From the NCBI GenBank assembly GCA_035501935.1, contig DATJVC010000025.1, positions 8,905 through 72,904 of the forward strand: 64,000 bases of DNA, given 5' to 3'. Each line of letters begins with the position of its first letter. The first letter of the stretch is position 1. The position numbers and the translations under genes are program-made. Under the pieces are notes generated by a model, which was not told the origin of the DNA, made no database searches, and was given only the letters and a program-made list of their open reading frames with translations. Below are positions 35,741-47,062 of the stretch, piece by piece. The stretch comes from Gammaproteobacteria bacterium. Lineage in GTDB: Bacteria > Pseudomonadota > Gammaproteobacteria > JAJPIJ01.

Positions 35741-37579
35741 TCATACCGCGTGAAATCGCTCGTAGATACGTTGTGCGAGTTCGCGGCTGATCCCGGGCAC
35801 CTGGCAAAGATCCTCAACGCCCGCTCTGGCCACACCCCGCAGGCCGCCGAAGTGCTGGATCAGGGTACGCCGTCGGTGTGAGCCGATGCCGTCAATCTCC
35901 TCCAGACTTGAGGTATTGCGCCGACGGGCGCGCCGCTGGCGATGGCCGGTAATGGCGAAGCGGTGGGCCTCATCACGAATGCGCTGGATGAGATGCAGCG
36001 CCGCGGAGTCCGGCGGCAGGGTCAGGGTTTTGCCACCCTGCGCCAGCACCAGCGTCTCCTGCCCCGGCTTGCGGGCCGGACCCTTGGCCACGCCGACGAC
36101 GACGGCATCCGCAATACCCAGTTCCTGCAAGACCGACAGCGCCTGCGCCACCTGGCCCGGACCGCCATCGATCAGCACGAGGTCGGGCAATTTCCCGTCT
36201 TCGCGCTGCACGCGCCCATACCGCCGCTCCACGACCTGGCGCATGGCGGCATAATCATCGCCGGCCATGATGCCTTCAATGTTGTAGCGGCGATAATCGG
36301 ACTTGATGGGACCCGTGGGGCCGGAAACCACGCAGGCGCCCACCGTGGCCTCGCCACGGGTATGGCTGATATCGAAACACTCGATGCGCTCCGGCAATTC
36401 CGGCAATCCCAGCGCCTTCCGCAACGCCTCCCGGTGCCCACGCTCCCCTCCACTCATCAACTCTCTCTGCGTCAGAGCGTGGCGGGCGTTTTCCTCGGCC
36501 ATGGCGAGCCAGCGTGCATTTTCACCGCGCGCTTCATGCTGTATGCGCACTTTATGTCCCGCCACCGTGGACAACGCCGCCGCCAGTGCGGTGATTTCGG
36601 GCAATGGATAATTGATTAGAATGCCGGCGGGCAACGCCTGTTTGCCCTCGCCGCCGAGATAATACTGCGTCAAAAAGGCGCTCAGAATTTCCTCCGCACC
36701 GGCGCCCTCGCTGTTGTTGAAGAAAAACGTCCGGTTGCCCAGATGCAGCCCCCCCCGTACGAAGAAAATCTGTACGCAGCCGCCCTGATCATTCGCCGCC
36801 GCTGCGACGACATCGCAATCGCCGCGTTCGCCGCTGATGTGCTGCTTGAGCCGTATCTGCTTGAGATCGGCAATCTGATCGCGATAGCGGGCGGCGAGTT
36901 CGTAGTCCAGCCGTTGCGCGGCGTCCTCCATGCGCGGAACCAGAATGTCGATGACTTCGTTGCCGCGCCCCTGCAGAAACAATTCCGCATGCGCCACATC
37001 TTCGCGGTAGGCGTCGGCGGCGATCAGGCCCACGCAGGGCGCCGTGCATCGCCTGATCTGGTATTGCAGACAGGGCCGGGTGCGATGACGGAAAAAACTG
37101 TCGGCGCAATTGCGGATGCGAAATAATTTCTGCAACTGGTTGATGCTGGCGCGCACCGCGCCGGCGTTCGGATAAGGTCCGAAATAGCGCCCGGGGCCGG
37201 AACGGCGGCCGCGATGGAAAGACAGCCGCGGGAATTCCCGATCGCTGCTCAAATAAATCCACGGGAAACTCTTGTCGTCCCGCAGTGTCACGTTGTAGCG
37301 CGGCCGTTGCTCCTTGATGAGGTTGTTTTCCAGCAGCAGCGCCTCAGTCTCCGTGTGCGTCATCGTGACTTCGATGGTCGCTGTTCTGGCCAGCATGGTC
37401 CGGACCTTCGGGCTCAAGCGTGCGACGCGCGTGAAATAACTGCTCACTCGCTTTTTTAAATTGCGCGCCTTGCCGACATAGAGCAGATGATTGTCCGCAT
37501 CCAGCATACGGTAAACGCCGGGACGCGAGGTGAGCGTCCGGCAAAACGTCCTGCCGTCAAAACCGGTGGTCGTCATCAA
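35741..37579 (-). CDS. uvrC: Excinuclease ABC subunit C
   Basis: GIY-YIG N-terminus (GVYRMLDADNHLLYVGKA), UvrBC domain, C-terminal HhH. Confidence 0.9.
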   Translation of the reverse strand: MMTTTGFDGRTFCRTLTSRPGVYRMLDADNHLLYVGKARNLKKRVSSYFTRVARLSPKVRTMLARTATIEVTMTHTETEALLLENNLIKEQRPRYNVTLRDDKSFPWIYLSSDREFPRLSFHRGRRSGPGRYFGPYPNAGAVRASINQLQKLFRIRNCADSFFRHRTRPCLQYQIRRCTAPCVGLIAADAYREDVAHAELFLQGRGNEVIDILVPRMEDAAQRLDYELAARYRDQIADLKQIRLKQHISGERGDCDVVAAAANDQGGCVQIFFVRGGLHLGNRTFFFNNSEGAGAEEILSAFLTQYYLGGEGKQALPAGILINYPLPEITALAAALSTVAGHKVRIQHEARGENARWLAMAEENARHALTQRELMSGGERGHREALRKALGLPELPERIECFDISHTRGEATVGACVVSGPTGPIKSDYRRYNIEGIMAGDDYAAMRQVVERRYGRVQREDGKLPDLVLIDGGPGQVAQALSVLQELGIADAVVVGVAKGPARKPGQETLVLAQGGKTLTLPPDSAALHLIQRIRDEAHRFAITGHRQRRARRRNTSSLEEIDGIGSHRRRTLIQHFGGLRGVARAGVEDLCQVPGISRELAQRIYERFHAV

Positions 37580-38100
37580 AGGGAATCCAGAAAAATAGGT
37601 TCGCGCAACAGCCGCTCGAGGATCAGCGGCACCGTCCCGGCGTAAAAATCAGGCTGCTGTTTCAATGCCTGCAACAGTTGCTCCAGTGTCAGCCATTTCA
37701 AGGTGTCGATTTCATCCGCATTGGGCTTGAACGGCCCTTCAGAACGGCAGGCGTAGCACCAGACAAACTCCCATCCGGTATCGGGGCAGGCGTTTATTTT
37801 GAACCACCTCTTGAGTACGGATGGATGCGGATGGATGCCCAGCTCCTCGGCGAGTTCTCGCCGCGCACAGGCATCGTAATCCTCGTCGCGATCCACATGC
37901 CCGGCCGCCGAGGAGTCCCATAAACCCGGAAAGCAGTCCTTGCGCAGAGAGCGTTTCTGCAGAAGCACTTCGCCACGTCGATTCAAAACCCAGACATGGA
38001 CCGCGCGATGACGCAGACGCAACCGGTGAATTTCCGAGCGCGGGCGGTAATCAACCACCTCGTCCCGTTCGTTCACCACCGCGAAGATTTCTTCAGCCAT
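37576..38100 (-). CDS. NUDIX hydrolase
   Basis: Nudix box GHVDRDEDYDACARRELAEELG. Confidence 0.7.
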   Translation of the reverse strand: MAEEIFAVVNERDEVVDYRPRSEIHRLRLRHRAVHVWVLNRRGEVLLQKRSLRKDCFPGLWDSSAAGHVDRDEDYDACARRELAEELGIHPHPSVLKRWFKINACPDTGWEFVWCYACRSEGPFKPNADEIDTLKWLTLEQLLQALKQQPDFYAGTVPLILERLLREPIFLDSL

Positions 38101-38134
38101 ACCGGCATCCACAGCGTGCAGATATGGAAATTGA

Positions 38135-38224
38135 TGGCGGAGAGGGTGGGATTCGAACCCACGGCGGGCTTGCGCCCGCGCCGGTTTTCAAGACCGGTGC
38201 ATTCAACCGCTCTGCCACCTCTCC
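38135..38224 (-). tRNA. tRNA-Ser (anticodon TGA)
   Basis: Cloverleaf with a long variable arm, loop CUUGAAA, CCA end. Confidence 0.85.
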
Positions 38225-38311
38225 TGAATGAGTTCAGCGGAATTATACGATATACATGAATTCGATGGGTCAAGAAACCCGTATGACGCCGCCCTGCGCC
38301 ACTTCGATCTT

Positions 38312-39052
38312 CTAGTACTCCGTGCGACGTGGCGTGGCGTAGGAGTCCCCGGGCAGCACAAACGGCGGGACGCGGCCCACCAAGGCCTCGATAAGTTCGA
38401 GTTCCTGGTCGGTGTGATTTTTGAACGGTGCCGGGCGGATGCGTGCGCCGGCCGCCCCGCTTGCAAGGATGTAGCGCGGAGCGTCGTGATGGTGGGACTG
38501 GATGGTCTCGTGCTGGGAAGGGTCGTCGATGGCCTGCAGCTCGGTCGTGCCGTAACACGTGCATACATAGCTTTGATCCGGTTCCGATTCGACGTACAGG
38601 CCCGTGCCCCGGATGCCGATCGTCGCGGTCACGGCATGCACGGTGTGTTCGGACTTCCCGAAGACGGACAGAAGCTTGCCGGACAGCACCCGCAAGGTGT
38701 TGATCACCAATCTTCCGCCAGCGGACCCCAATTCAAGCCGGCTGCGCTCGCGAAGGATGAAGGCGTCCTGACCCACCACGAAGATGATGCGACTTTCCTC
38801 CGCGGTTTCTATCGTGTCGGTGGCCGTAATCAGGGTATCGGGCGTGGCCGGCTGATTATTCACGAGCACACGACCGTCAAGGCTGTAAATGGACTTGCCT
38901 TGGGGCAGCATCCCCGGTGTCTTTCCCAGCGCTTCCGTCATTGCCTTCCGCGCCCAGCCGGTCGTGAACGCGCCGGCGGCAAGCATTTTCACAAGCAGTG
39001 AACGACGAACAGGATCAACATCCTCTGTGTTGCCCTTCATGAGCACGGCCAT
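38312..39052 (-). CDS. Hypothetical periplasmic protein with a twin-arginine-like signal (FecR-like beta domain?)
   Basis: RRSLLVKMLAAGAFT Tat-like motif. Weak resemblance to FecR sensor domains. Confidence 0.4.
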   Translation of the reverse strand: MAVLMKGNTEDVDPVRRSLLVKMLAAGAFTTGWARKAMTEALGKTPGMLPQGKSIYSLDGRVLVNNQPATPDTLITATDTIETAEESRIIFVVGQDAFILRERSRLELGSAGGRLVINTLRVLSGKLLSVFGKSEHTVHAVTATIGIRGTGLYVESEPDQSYVCTCYGTTELQAIDDPSQHETIQSHHHDAPRYILASGAAGARIRPAPFKNHTDQELELIEALVGRVPPFVLPGDSYATPRRTEY

Positions 39053-39103
39053 CCTTTATGCGAAGTGATGTTATGGACTGTTTGTGAAGTAGAATATACG
39101 CAA

Positions 39104-39982
39104 ATGCGGGACTCCAGAACAGGGGTGTTTGCGCTGTTCGTCACCCTCGGCGCCTGGCTGCCGGTCTGTGCCTCTGTCAATGCGGCGCAGCCGTATTATG
39201 ACGCCGAGCTTTCGGTTGATCACGACAGCAATATCGGCAACGCCGAGCACCGCGTGGACAAACTGGACGACAATATTCTCATCTTTGGCATCACTGCCAG
39301 CCAGCCATATCCGGTCACGCAATATAGCGGCCTGCTATTTTCCGGCAGCGTGAATTATCGACGCTACACACAGTGGGATTATCTCAGTCATTGGGCGTTC
39401 GGCGGCAAAGTCGTCTATCGTGTAAAGCCCGGCGCGGCTTACGATGCGGAATGGTTCGAACTGACGGCGAGTGCGACGCTCCTTCAATTTGAGCGCAGTA
39501 GTTTGCGCGATGGCGGGCTGGCATTCATCGATGCCGCCACGGGCAGGAAACTCACCGATCGACTGGTGGTGCGCGTCGGCTATCAATACAGCGTGCGGCG
39601 GTCATGGAATGACAACATATTCGACAATGACGATCATCGGCTTTATGCCCATTTCGATTGGCAGCCCGCCGACCGCGGCACATTGTACGGCACCCTGGCC
39701 TGGCAAACGGGGGATGTCGTTTCCACTGCGAGTCAGAATCCGGTTATTCTCGCCGTTTCGACCGCGGCCTCGCCCGATCGCGCGCTCAGCCCGACGAATC
39801 TGCCTCCGCGGATCGCCTACCGAATCGATGCCGATGTCGTCAGCGGCGAAGCGGGTTTAAATTATGCACTCACCACCAGTCTGGCGTTCGATCTGTCGGC
39901 GCGCTATTTACATGCCGACGGTGACGGCAATCAGCGATACAGTGATACAAGAATACTGGCGGGTTTGCTGTATCGCTTCTGA
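39104..39982 (+). CDS. Putative outer-membrane beta-barrel protein
   Basis: Signal peptide, alternating hydrophobic beta-strand pattern, C-terminal LLYRF. Confidence 0.45.
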   Translation: MRDSRTGVFALFVTLGAWLPVCASVNAAQPYYDAELSVDHDSNIGNAEHRVDKLDDNILIFGITASQPYPVTQYSGLLFSGSVNYRRYTQWDYLSHWAFGGKVVYRVKPGAAYDAEWFELTASATLLQFERSSLRDGGLAFIDAATGRKLTDRLVVRVGYQYSVRRSWNDNIFDNDDHRLYAHFDWQPADRGTLYGTLAWQTGDVVSTASQNPVILAVSTAASPDRALSPTNLPPRIAYRIDADVVSGEAGLNYALTTSLAFDLSARYLHADGDGNQRYSDTRILAGLLYRF

Positions 39983-40121
39983 GTCAACATTCTTTTCCTC
40001 AACTACATTTTTCCGGCCGTAAAAATTATGTGAGCGCCTTCACAAATATGGCTGCCGATTGCTGCAGCGCGCATTGATTATTGTCTATAAGGGTGTCCTC
40101 CCAACGAGACAGGAGAGCACC

Positions 40122-40643
40122 ATGAAAAAGACCTTACTGGCAGTAGCAGCATCGGGTCTGGCGCTGGCCGGTTGCGGCACCACGACCGCGGACCGCACCG
40201 TAAGCGGCGCCGGGATCGGTGCCGGTGCGGGCGCCATCGTGGGCGCGGTGACCAGCCTGTCGGTTCCCGAGGCTGCGGTGCTGGGCGCGGTCGCCGGCGG
40301 CTTGACCGGGGCGTTGACGAAACCTGATCAGGTCAATCTTGGCAGGCCGGCGTGGAGTCAGTCCAGCAATCCGCCACCGGCCTCGCCGACGGCGCAACAA
40401 GGCTCCTCGCAGTATTCAAATTATGCCTATGCGCCGGTGGACTCGGGCACGGTACGGCAGATTCAATCGGCACTCAAACGTCTGGGGCTCTATGACGGCC
40501 AGGTGGACGGCGTTGCCGGACCACGGACCCAAAATGCCATCCGCTCTTATCAGCAGCAAAATGGCCTGGCCGTAAACGGCCAGCCGAGTACGCAACTGCT
40601 TGAACACTTGCGTCAACGCGGTGTCGCCGGCACCAGCGCCTGA
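40122..40643 (+). CDS. Lipoprotein with a C-terminal peptidoglycan-binding (PG_binding_1) domain
   Basis: Lipobox LAGC. Gly-rich linker. IQSALKRLGLYDGQVDGVAGPRTQNAIRSYQ PG-binding motif. SD GGAGAG. Confidence 0.65.
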   Translation: MKKTLLAVAASGLALAGCGTTTADRTVSGAGIGAGAGAIVGAVTSLSVPEAAVLGAVAGGLTGALTKPDQVNLGRPAWSQSSNPPPASPTAQQGSSQYSNYAYAPVDSGTVRQIQSALKRLGLYDGQVDGVAGPRTQNAIRSYQQQNGLAVNGQPSTQLLEHLRQRGVAGTSA

Positions 40644-40661
40644 TTAGTCACTCGACACCCG

Positions 40662-40696
40662 GCCGGCAGTGGACAAGCCGCTGCCGGCTTTTTTTA
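40662..40696. terminator. Bidirectional rho-independent terminator between convergent genes
   Basis: ccggcag...ctgccgg stem followed by TTTTTTTATTTTT. Confidence 0.55.
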
Positions 40697-41749
40697 TTTT
40701 TGCTTCAGCGACGCCAGATCGATGACAAAGCGATACTTGACGTCGCTCTTCAGCAGTCGTTCGTAAGCCTCGTTGATCTTCTGGATGGGGATGACCTCCA
40801 CATCCGAGGTGATATTGTGTTTGCCGCAGAAATTGAGCATCTCCTGGGTTTCCTTGATCCCCCCGATCAGTGAACCGCCAAGTTGTCGCCGTTTGAAGAT
40901 CAGATTGGATACGCTGGGCGAGGGATGCGGCTGGTCAGGCACGCCCACCAGGCACATCGTGCCGTCGCGCTTTAGCAGCTCGAGATAGGCGTCGAGATTG
41001 TGCGGCGCCGCCACCGTGTTCAAAATGAAATCAAAACTGTTGGCGTGCTTTTTCATCTCGTCGGGATTTTTCGAGATGACGACCTCTTTCGCGCCCAGGC
41101 GCCTGGCGTCCCGCGCCTTGCCTGGCGAGGTGGTAAACAACACTGTCCTTGCCCCAAAGGCATGGGCGAACTTGATGCCCATGTGGCCCAAGCCGCCCAA
41201 ACCCACGACACCAACCTTGCGGCCCTTCTTCACCTTCCAGTGACGCAGCGGGGAATAGGTGGTGATGCCCGCGCACAGCAGCGGAGCGGCCCCCCAGGGA
41301 TCAAGGGTCTTCGGAATTTTAAGTACGAACTTTTCCGTGACAACGATATTATTTGAATAACCGCCGAAAGTCGGCTCGCCGGTATCCTTGTATCGATCAT
41401 TGTAGGTCAGCGTCATGCCGTTCTCGCAATACTGCTCCATGCCCTCGTCACAAGCCGCGCACTTCCGGCATGAATCCACCATGCAGCCCACGCCGACGAG
41501 GTCGTCGGGTTTGAATTTCTTGACCCGTTTGCCGGTCTTCGCCACCCGGCCGATGATTTCGTGCCCCGGCACCATAGGAAAGATCGCGCCACCCCACTCA
41601 TCGCGCACCTGATGCAGGTCCGAGTGGCAGACGCCACAATAGAGAATCTCGATCTGCACATCATGCGGACCCGGTTCGCGCCGCGTGAAGTTGAAGGGCC
41701 CCAGTGGCGCTTTTGCGGCATGCGCAGCGTATCCAGTGGAATTAATCAT
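40694..41749 (-). CDS. NAD(P)-dependent zinc alcohol dehydrogenase (YahK/CAD family)
   Basis: GHEIIG, zinc-binding cysteines, and a GLGGLGHMG Rossmann motif. Confidence 0.8.
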   Translation of the reverse strand: MINSTGYAAHAAKAPLGPFNFTRREPGPHDVQIEILYCGVCHSDLHQVRDEWGGAIFPMVPGHEIIGRVAKTGKRVKKFKPDDLVGVGCMVDSCRKCAACDEGMEQYCENGMTLTYNDRYKDTGEPTFGGYSNNIVVTEKFVLKIPKTLDPWGAAPLLCAGITTYSPLRHWKVKKGRKVGVVGLGGLGHMGIKFAHAFGARTVLFTTSPGKARDARRLGAKEVVISKNPDEMKKHANSFDFILNTVAAPHNLDAYLELLKRDGTMCLVGVPDQPHPSPSVSNLIFKRRQLGGSLIGGIKETQEMLNFCGKHNITSDVEVIPIQKINEAYERLLKSDVKYRFVIDLASLKQK

Positions 41750-41893
41750 ATTTGTAGCCTCGTACCGGTTATTTGACACTGACTATAATGACAACTGATG
41801 AAAATAAAAAGAAGAACGCTTTCTGCTCGCGCCGGAGGCGCCCAAAGGCAAAAATTACAGTTCCAGGGGGGCGTCTTGAACCGTGGCAACGGC

Positions 41894-43309
41894 TCAGGTT
41901 TTTACTGCGGCAAGCACCTCTCCCAGCATTTTTTTCGCATCGCCGAACAACATGCGGTTGTTCTCCTTGTAGAACAGCGGATTGTCCACGCCGGCGTAGC
42001 CTGAGGCCATGCTGCGCTTCATGACGATGGAAGTCCTGGCCTTCCACACCTCCAACACCGGCATGCCGGCGATGGGACTGCGCGGATCCTCCTGCGCCGC
42101 CGGGTTGACGATGTCGTTGGCGCCGATCACCATCGCCACGTCGGTATCCGGGAAATCCTCGTTGATTTCGTCCATCTCCAGCACGATGTCATAAGGCACC
42201 TTGGCCTCGGCCAGCAGCACGTTCATGTGGCCCGGCATGCGGCCGGCCACCGGATGAATCGCAAAGCGGACGTTGATGCCCCTGTCGCGCAGCAGCTTGG
42301 TAATCTCATAGACCGTATGCTGGGCCTGCGCCACCGCCATGCCATAGCCGGGGACGATGATGACGTTCTTCGCCTCGCGCAGCAGCGCGGCCGTGTCCGC
42401 GGCGCTGATCGGAGACACCTCGCCGGCTGGTTTTGCGCCTCCAGCCAGTGCCGGCGTACCTCCCTCCGTGCCGAAACCACCGGCAATGACGCTCAGGAAG
42501 TGCCGGTTCATGGCCTTGCACATGATGTAGGAGAGGATGGCGCCGCTTGAGCCGACCAGGGCGCCCACCACGATCAGCAAGTCATTCGACAGCATGAAAC
42601 CGGTGGCGGAGGCCGCCCATCCGGAATAGCTGTTGAGCATGGACACCACGACCGGCATGTCGGCGCCGCCAATCGCCATCACCATGTGTACGCCAAAGGC
42701 CAGCGCGATGGCCGTCATCAAAATGAGCGGCAGCAATCCTCCTGCGCCTTCGGCGTGGAGGAAGATCTTGCCGAAAATAATGACGGCAATGAGACCGGTG
42801 AGATTGATCCAGTGCCGTCCTGGCAACAGCACGGGTTTGCCGCTGATCTTGGCGGAGAGTTTGCCGAAGGCGATCACCGAGCCGGAGAACGTCACCGCGC
42901 CAATCAGGATGCCGATATAGATCTCCAGCACATGTATGGTCTTTTCGGCACCGGCAAAGTGCGCCGTCGGATCGACGTAGTTGGCGTAGCCTACGAACAC
43001 TGCCGCCAGGCCGACCAGACTGTGCATCAACGCCACCAGTTCCGGCATCTGCGTCATCTTGACCACGCGCGCTGCATAGACTCCCGCGCTGCCGCCGGCC
43101 AGCATGGCGATGATGATCCCGCTCAGAGCACCGGCGCCACCCTGTGTGACCCGTGGACTCAGCAGGGTCGCCATAATGGCGATGGCCATGCCAATGATGC
43201 CGTAGAGATTGCCGCGGCGCGCGGTTTCCGGGTTGCTCAAGCCGCCAAGGCTCTGGATGAATAGTATGGTCGCGCCGATATACGAGACGGTTACCAGTCC
43301 TTCTGACAT
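41894..43309 (-). CDS. pntB: NAD(P) transhydrogenase subunit beta
   Basis: Full-length PntB: membrane domain plus the C-terminal NADP(H)-binding dIII. Confidence 0.9.
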   Translation of the reverse strand: MSEGLVTVSYIGATILFIQSLGGLSNPETARRGNLYGIIGMAIAIMATLLSPRVTQGGAGALSGIIIAMLAGGSAGVYAARVVKMTQMPELVALMHSLVGLAAVFVGYANYVDPTAHFAGAEKTIHVLEIYIGILIGAVTFSGSVIAFGKLSAKISGKPVLLPGRHWINLTGLIAVIIFGKIFLHAEGAGGLLPLILMTAIALAFGVHMVMAIGGADMPVVVSMLNSYSGWAASATGFMLSNDLLIVVGALVGSSGAILSYIMCKAMNRHFLSVIAGGFGTEGGTPALAGGAKPAGEVSPISAADTAALLREAKNVIIVPGYGMAVAQAQHTVYEITKLLRDRGINVRFAIHPVAGRMPGHMNVLLAEAKVPYDIVLEMDEINEDFPDTDVAMVIGANDIVNPAAQEDPRSPIAGMPVLEVWKARTSIVMKRSMASGYAGVDNPLFYKENNRMLFGDAKKMLGEVLAAVKT

Positions 43310-43325
43310 TTTTGTTTTTCCCTGA

Positions 43326-44894
43326 TTATTTTCTGAACATCGACAGCATGCGCTGGGTCACCCAAAATCCTCCGAACATGTTGACCGCCGTGAGCGCGAT
43401 CGCCAGCCCCGCCAGTACAGTGATGAAAAAGCCGGGGGAGGAGACCTGGATCAACGCACCGATGGCGATGATACTGCTGATGGCGTTGGTCACGCTCATC
43501 AGTGGCGTGTGCAAGGCGGGAGTGACGTTCCAGATCACCATATAGCCTATGAAACACGCCAGCACGAACACGGTGAAATGCGCCATGAACGCCGCCGGTG
43601 CGTAGGCGCCGATCCAGAAAAACACCAGCGCCCCCGCTCCCAGCGCGAGCGCGGTCCTGAGCGCGGCGGGCATGGCCTTCTTGCCGTGCGCCCTGGCCAT
43701 GGGACCGGCCGCCGCGGCCATATGTGGCGCCGCCGCGGTCGCCATGCCGGGCACCGGAGCCTGAGGAACTTTAAGCGCCGGCGGCGGCCACGTGATTTCG
43801 CCGGCCTGGATGGCGGTAGTGCCGCGGATCATCTCATCGTCCATGTTAACGCTGAGAATGCCATCCTTGTTCGGGCACATCTCTTCCGTCAGATGCAGCA
43901 GATTGGTGGCATACAGGCTGCTGGCCTGTTTGGCCAGCCGGCTGGGCAAATCGGTGTAGCCGATGATCGTCACGCCCCGGCGGACAACCACTTTGCCCGG
44001 CTCGGTCAGCTCACAATTGCCGCCCTGCTCCGCAGCCAGGTCCACAATGACGCTGCCGGGTTTCATGGACTCGACCATGCCGGCGGTGATCAGCTTCGGC
44101 GCCGGCTTGCCGGGGATCAGCGCCGTGGTGATGATGATGTCCACATCGATGGCCTGGCGGGCGAAGGTTTCGCGCTGGGCCTTCTGATAACCCTCGCTCA
44201 TCACCTTGGCATAACCGCCGACACCGCTGCCCTCCTCCTGATAGCTCACCTCGACAAATTCCCCGCCCATGGACTTGACCTGGTCCTTCACCTCGGGACG
44301 GGTATCGTTGGCGCGCACCATGGCGCCAAGCCCTGTGGCCGCGCCGATGGCGGCGAGGCCGGCGACACCGGCGCCGATCACGAAGACCTTGGCCGGCGGT
44401 ACCTTGCCGGCGGCGGTGATCTGACCGGTGAAAAAACGTCCAAAATGGTGCGCGGCCTCGATGACTGCGCGATACCCGGCAATATTGGCCATGGAACTCA
44501 GGGCATCCAGTTTCTGCGCACGCGAAATGCGCGGCACGCAATCCATCGCCAGCACCGTGGCCTTTTTCGCTGCCAGTTTCTTCATCAATTCGGGATTCTG
44601 GGCCGGCCAGATGAAACTCACCAGCGTGGCGCCCTCCGGCATCAACTCCACTTCCTCCAGCATCGGTGCGCGCACTTTGAAAATAATGTCGGCGGTGGAC
44701 CATAATGCCCCGGCATCGGCCACCACTTCGACGCCCACACCGCGATACACCTCGTCGGAATAGTTGGCGTGGTGGCCGGCGCCCGATTCCACAGCAACGG
44801 TGAATCCCAGCTTGATGAGCTTTTCCGCGACCTCCGGCGTCGTGGCGACGCGTTTTTCTTCCGGGTAAATCTCCTTGGGTATGCCTATTTTCAT
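43326..44894 (-). CDS. pntA: NAD(P) transhydrogenase subunit alpha (dI plus membrane dII portion)
   Basis: [18 protein letters not shown]-terminus, Ala-dehydrogenase-like NAD(H)-binding fold, C-terminal TM helices. Confidence 0.9.
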   Translation of the reverse strand: MKIGIPKEIYPEEKRVATTPEVAEKLIKLGFTVAVESGAGHHANYSDEVYRGVGVEVVADAGALWSTADIIFKVRAPMLEEVELMPEGATLVSFIWPAQNPELMKKLAAKKATVLAMDCVPRISRAQKLDALSSMANIAGYRAVIEAAHHFGRFFTGQITAAGKVPPAKVFVIGAGVAGLAAIGAATGLGAMVRANDTRPEVKDQVKSMGGEFVEVSYQEEGSGVGGYAKVMSEGYQKAQRETFARQAIDVDIIITTALIPGKPAPKLITAGMVESMKPGSVIVDLAAEQGGNCELTEPGKVVVRRGVTIIGYTDLPSRLAKQASSLYATNLLHLTEEMCPNKDGILSVNMDDEMIRGTTAIQAGEITWPPPALKVPQAPVPGMATAAAPHMAAAAGPMARAHGKKAMPAALRTALALGAGALVFFWIGAYAPAAFMAHFTVFVLACFIGYMVIWNVTPALHTPLMSVTNAISSIIAIGALIQVSSPGFFITVLAGLAIALTAVNMFGGFWVTQRMLSMFRK

Positions 44895-44906
44895 GTCATC
44901 CCTCGT

Positions 44907-46187
44907 TTATGACTGTCGTGTAATCAACGAAACACCGCCCATGTAAGGCCGCAACACTTCCGGGACGCGGATGCTGCCATCCGCGCTCTGATAATTTTCC
45001 ATCACGGCGATCAACGCCCGGCCCGCGGCCACGCCGGAACCGTTGAGGGTGTGCAGTAGTTCCGTTTTGCCCGTTTCGGGGCTGCGAAAGCGCGCCATCA
45101 TACGCCGGCTTTGAAAATTTTCGAAGTTGCTGCAGGAGGAAATCTCGCGATAGGCGTTCTGGCCCGGCAGCCAGACTTCCAAATCGTAGGTCTTGGCGGC
45201 GGCGAAACCCATGTCGCCGGCGCACAGAGCCACCACGCGGTAAGGCAGCGCCAGCCGTTTCAACACCTCTTCGGCGTGTCCGGTCAACGCCTCCAGCGCA
45301 TCGTAGGATTTTGTAGGCTCAACGAGCTGCACCAGTTCGACTTTTTCGAATTGGTGCTGTCGAATCATGCCACGGGTGTCCTTGCCATAGGAACCCGCCT
45401 CGCTGCGAAAACAAGGGCTGTGGCAGGCGTATTTGCGCGGCAGGGTTTTTACGTCCAGTATGGCATCGCGCGCAATGTTGGTGACCGGCACTTCGGCCGT
45501 CGGAATCAAATAAAAATCCTGTTGCGGCACATGGAATAGATCGGTCTTGAACTTCGGCAACTGACCGGTACCGCGCATGGAATCCGCGTTGACGAGAAAC
45601 GGCACATACACTTCGGTGTAGCCGTGCTCGCGGATGTGCAGGTCCAGCATGAACTGGATGAGTGCCCGCTGCATGCGCGCCAGCGGTCCGGAAAGTACGA
45701 CGAAGCGGCTGCTCGCGATTTTGGCGGCAACGTCGAAATCCATGCCTTCGAGCGCCGCGCCCAGTTCGACATGATCCTTGGGGGCAAAATCGAACTTGGG
45801 CGGCGCGCCCCAGCGCCGCTGTTCCACATTGTCCTCCGGACCCTTGCCATCTGGCACGCCGGCATGCGGCATGTTGGGCAGATGCAGCGCAAATTCATGA
45901 ATGCGTGCCTGCACGTCGGCCAGTTTGTTCTCGGAGGCCGCCAATTGTTCGCCCAGACCAGTGACCTCGGCCATCATCGCCGCCGTGTCCTCGCCCCGCT
46001 TCCTGGCTGCGCCGATGGCCTTGGACTTGCTGTTGCGCGCCGCCTGCAGCTCCTGGGTGCGGACTTGCAGGTCTTTGCGCTCGTCTTCAAGCGCTTTGAT
46101 GGAGACAACGTCGAGGATGAGCCCGCGACGCGCCAGCGCCACGCGGACATCTTCAATATGGCTGCGTAACAGTTGTGGATCCAGCAT
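44907..46187 (-). CDS. serS: Seryl-tRNA synthetase
   Basis: N-terminal coiled-coil arm plus class II core motifs. Confidence 0.9.
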   Translation of the reverse strand: MLDPQLLRSHIEDVRVALARRGLILDVVSIKALEDERKDLQVRTQELQAARNSKSKAIGAARKRGEDTAAMMAEVTGLGEQLAASENKLADVQARIHEFALHLPNMPHAGVPDGKGPEDNVEQRRWGAPPKFDFAPKDHVELGAALEGMDFDVAAKIASSRFVVLSGPLARMQRALIQFMLDLHIREHGYTEVYVPFLVNADSMRGTGQLPKFKTDLFHVPQQDFYLIPTAEVPVTNIARDAILDVKTLPRKYACHSPCFRSEAGSYGKDTRGMIRQHQFEKVELVQLVEPTKSYDALEALTGHAEEVLKRLALPYRVVALCAGDMGFAAAKTYDLEVWLPGQNAYREISSCSNFENFQSRRMMARFRSPETGKTELLHTLNGSGVAAGRALIAVMENYQSADGSIRVPEVLRPYMGGVSLITRQS

Positions 46188-46376
46188 GTTTTTCGACGCC
46201 GTCCACCGGACAGGAGAACAGCCCGGCTTGACGAATGGCCATCAATAAATTTTTGCTAGTGTAACGCGGCTTCCAATCAAACGCGATCGCGAACGGCCAA
46301 ATTCGTTGCGGAACTTCCAATTCGTGACCATCTGAGAATCTTGCGCCTGCGGGCCAATTCCATTATTCTTTGAGTC

Positions 46377-46432
46377 ACGGGAGATGGCATTCCTCCCGAT
46401 AACAACCGCCACACGGCTGATGATGCCTGCTT
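46377..46432 (+). ncRNA. Fluoride riboswitch (crcB motif) aptamer, with a candidate terminator hairpin at ~46425-46460
   Basis: GGGAG-AUGGCAUUC-CUCCC (P1) ...AACCGCC... GGCUGAUGAUGCC. The P1 loop GGCAU is complementary to the 3-prime AUGCC (pseudoknot covariation). The downstream hairpin GCCTGCTT...AAGCAGGC shares its left arm with the pseudoknot strand. Confidence 0.7.
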
Positions 46433-46660
46433 GAGTACCCACTGAGGTGCAAAGCAGGCGGCATTATTGTCTCCTTTGTGTCTCGCTTTAAGCAGGAAAA
46501 ACTGCGTGACAGGCACAAAGATTTTCGCAAACACCACGTCTTTGACCGCGGAAGCCATCGCGGCACGCTCCGGAAACAGCCGCGGATTCACTGCCGCGGC
46601 CATAGATTCTTTTGCCCGGGAAAACTACGGACAGTACCCGATATTACCGGAGCGCGATGC

Positions 46661-47062
46661 ATGAGCATGGTTAGCATCATCGCCGTCGGCGCCGGGGCAA
46701 TGCTCGGCGCGTGGTTGCGCTGGTGGCTGGGAATGCTGCTGAATCCCGTTTTTCCGACATTACCGTTGGGAACTCTCGCCTCCAATCTGATCGGAGGATA
46801 CATCATCGGACTTGCCGTCGGCGCCGTGAGCCTTGAACTCGGCCTGCCGCCACAAGCCAGACTGTTCTTGATGACCGGTTTCTGCGGCGGGCTGACGACA
46901 TTCTCCACGTTTTCCGCGGAAACTTTCACTTTGTTCTCGGAAGGACAGATCGCATGGGGAATTGGTGAAGTCCTCATACATGTCAGCGGTTCCCTGCTGG
47001 CAACGACAATGGGGTTTTTCAGCGTGAAAATCCTGCATCATCTGATGGAGGGCCTGCCATGA
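46661..47062 (+). CDS. crcB: Fluoride channel CrcB/Fluc (paralog 1)
   Basis: Four-TM CrcB fold, with GFCGGLTTFSTFS matching the conserved GxxGxxTTFSTF motif. Confidence 0.8.
   Translation: MSMVSIIAVGAGAMLGAWLRWWLGMLLNPVFPTLPLGTLASNLIGGYIIGLAVGAVSLELGLPPQARLFLMTGFCGGLTTFSTFSAETFTLFSEGQIAWGIGEVLIHVSGSLLATTMGFFSVKILHHLMEGLP

Noticed and set aside
41780-41893. TTGACA...TATAAT-like pair in the pntB/adh spacer
   Set aside because: The two hexamers are only 5 nt apart, and there is no gene downstream on that strand.
46540-46620. A first-pass fluoride-riboswitch candidate just upstream of crcB (GCGGAAGCCATCGCGG...AAACAGCCGCGG)
   Set aside because: It lacks the GAUGG/GCUGAUGA elements and the pseudoknot complementarity. 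The genuine aptamer is at 46377-46432.
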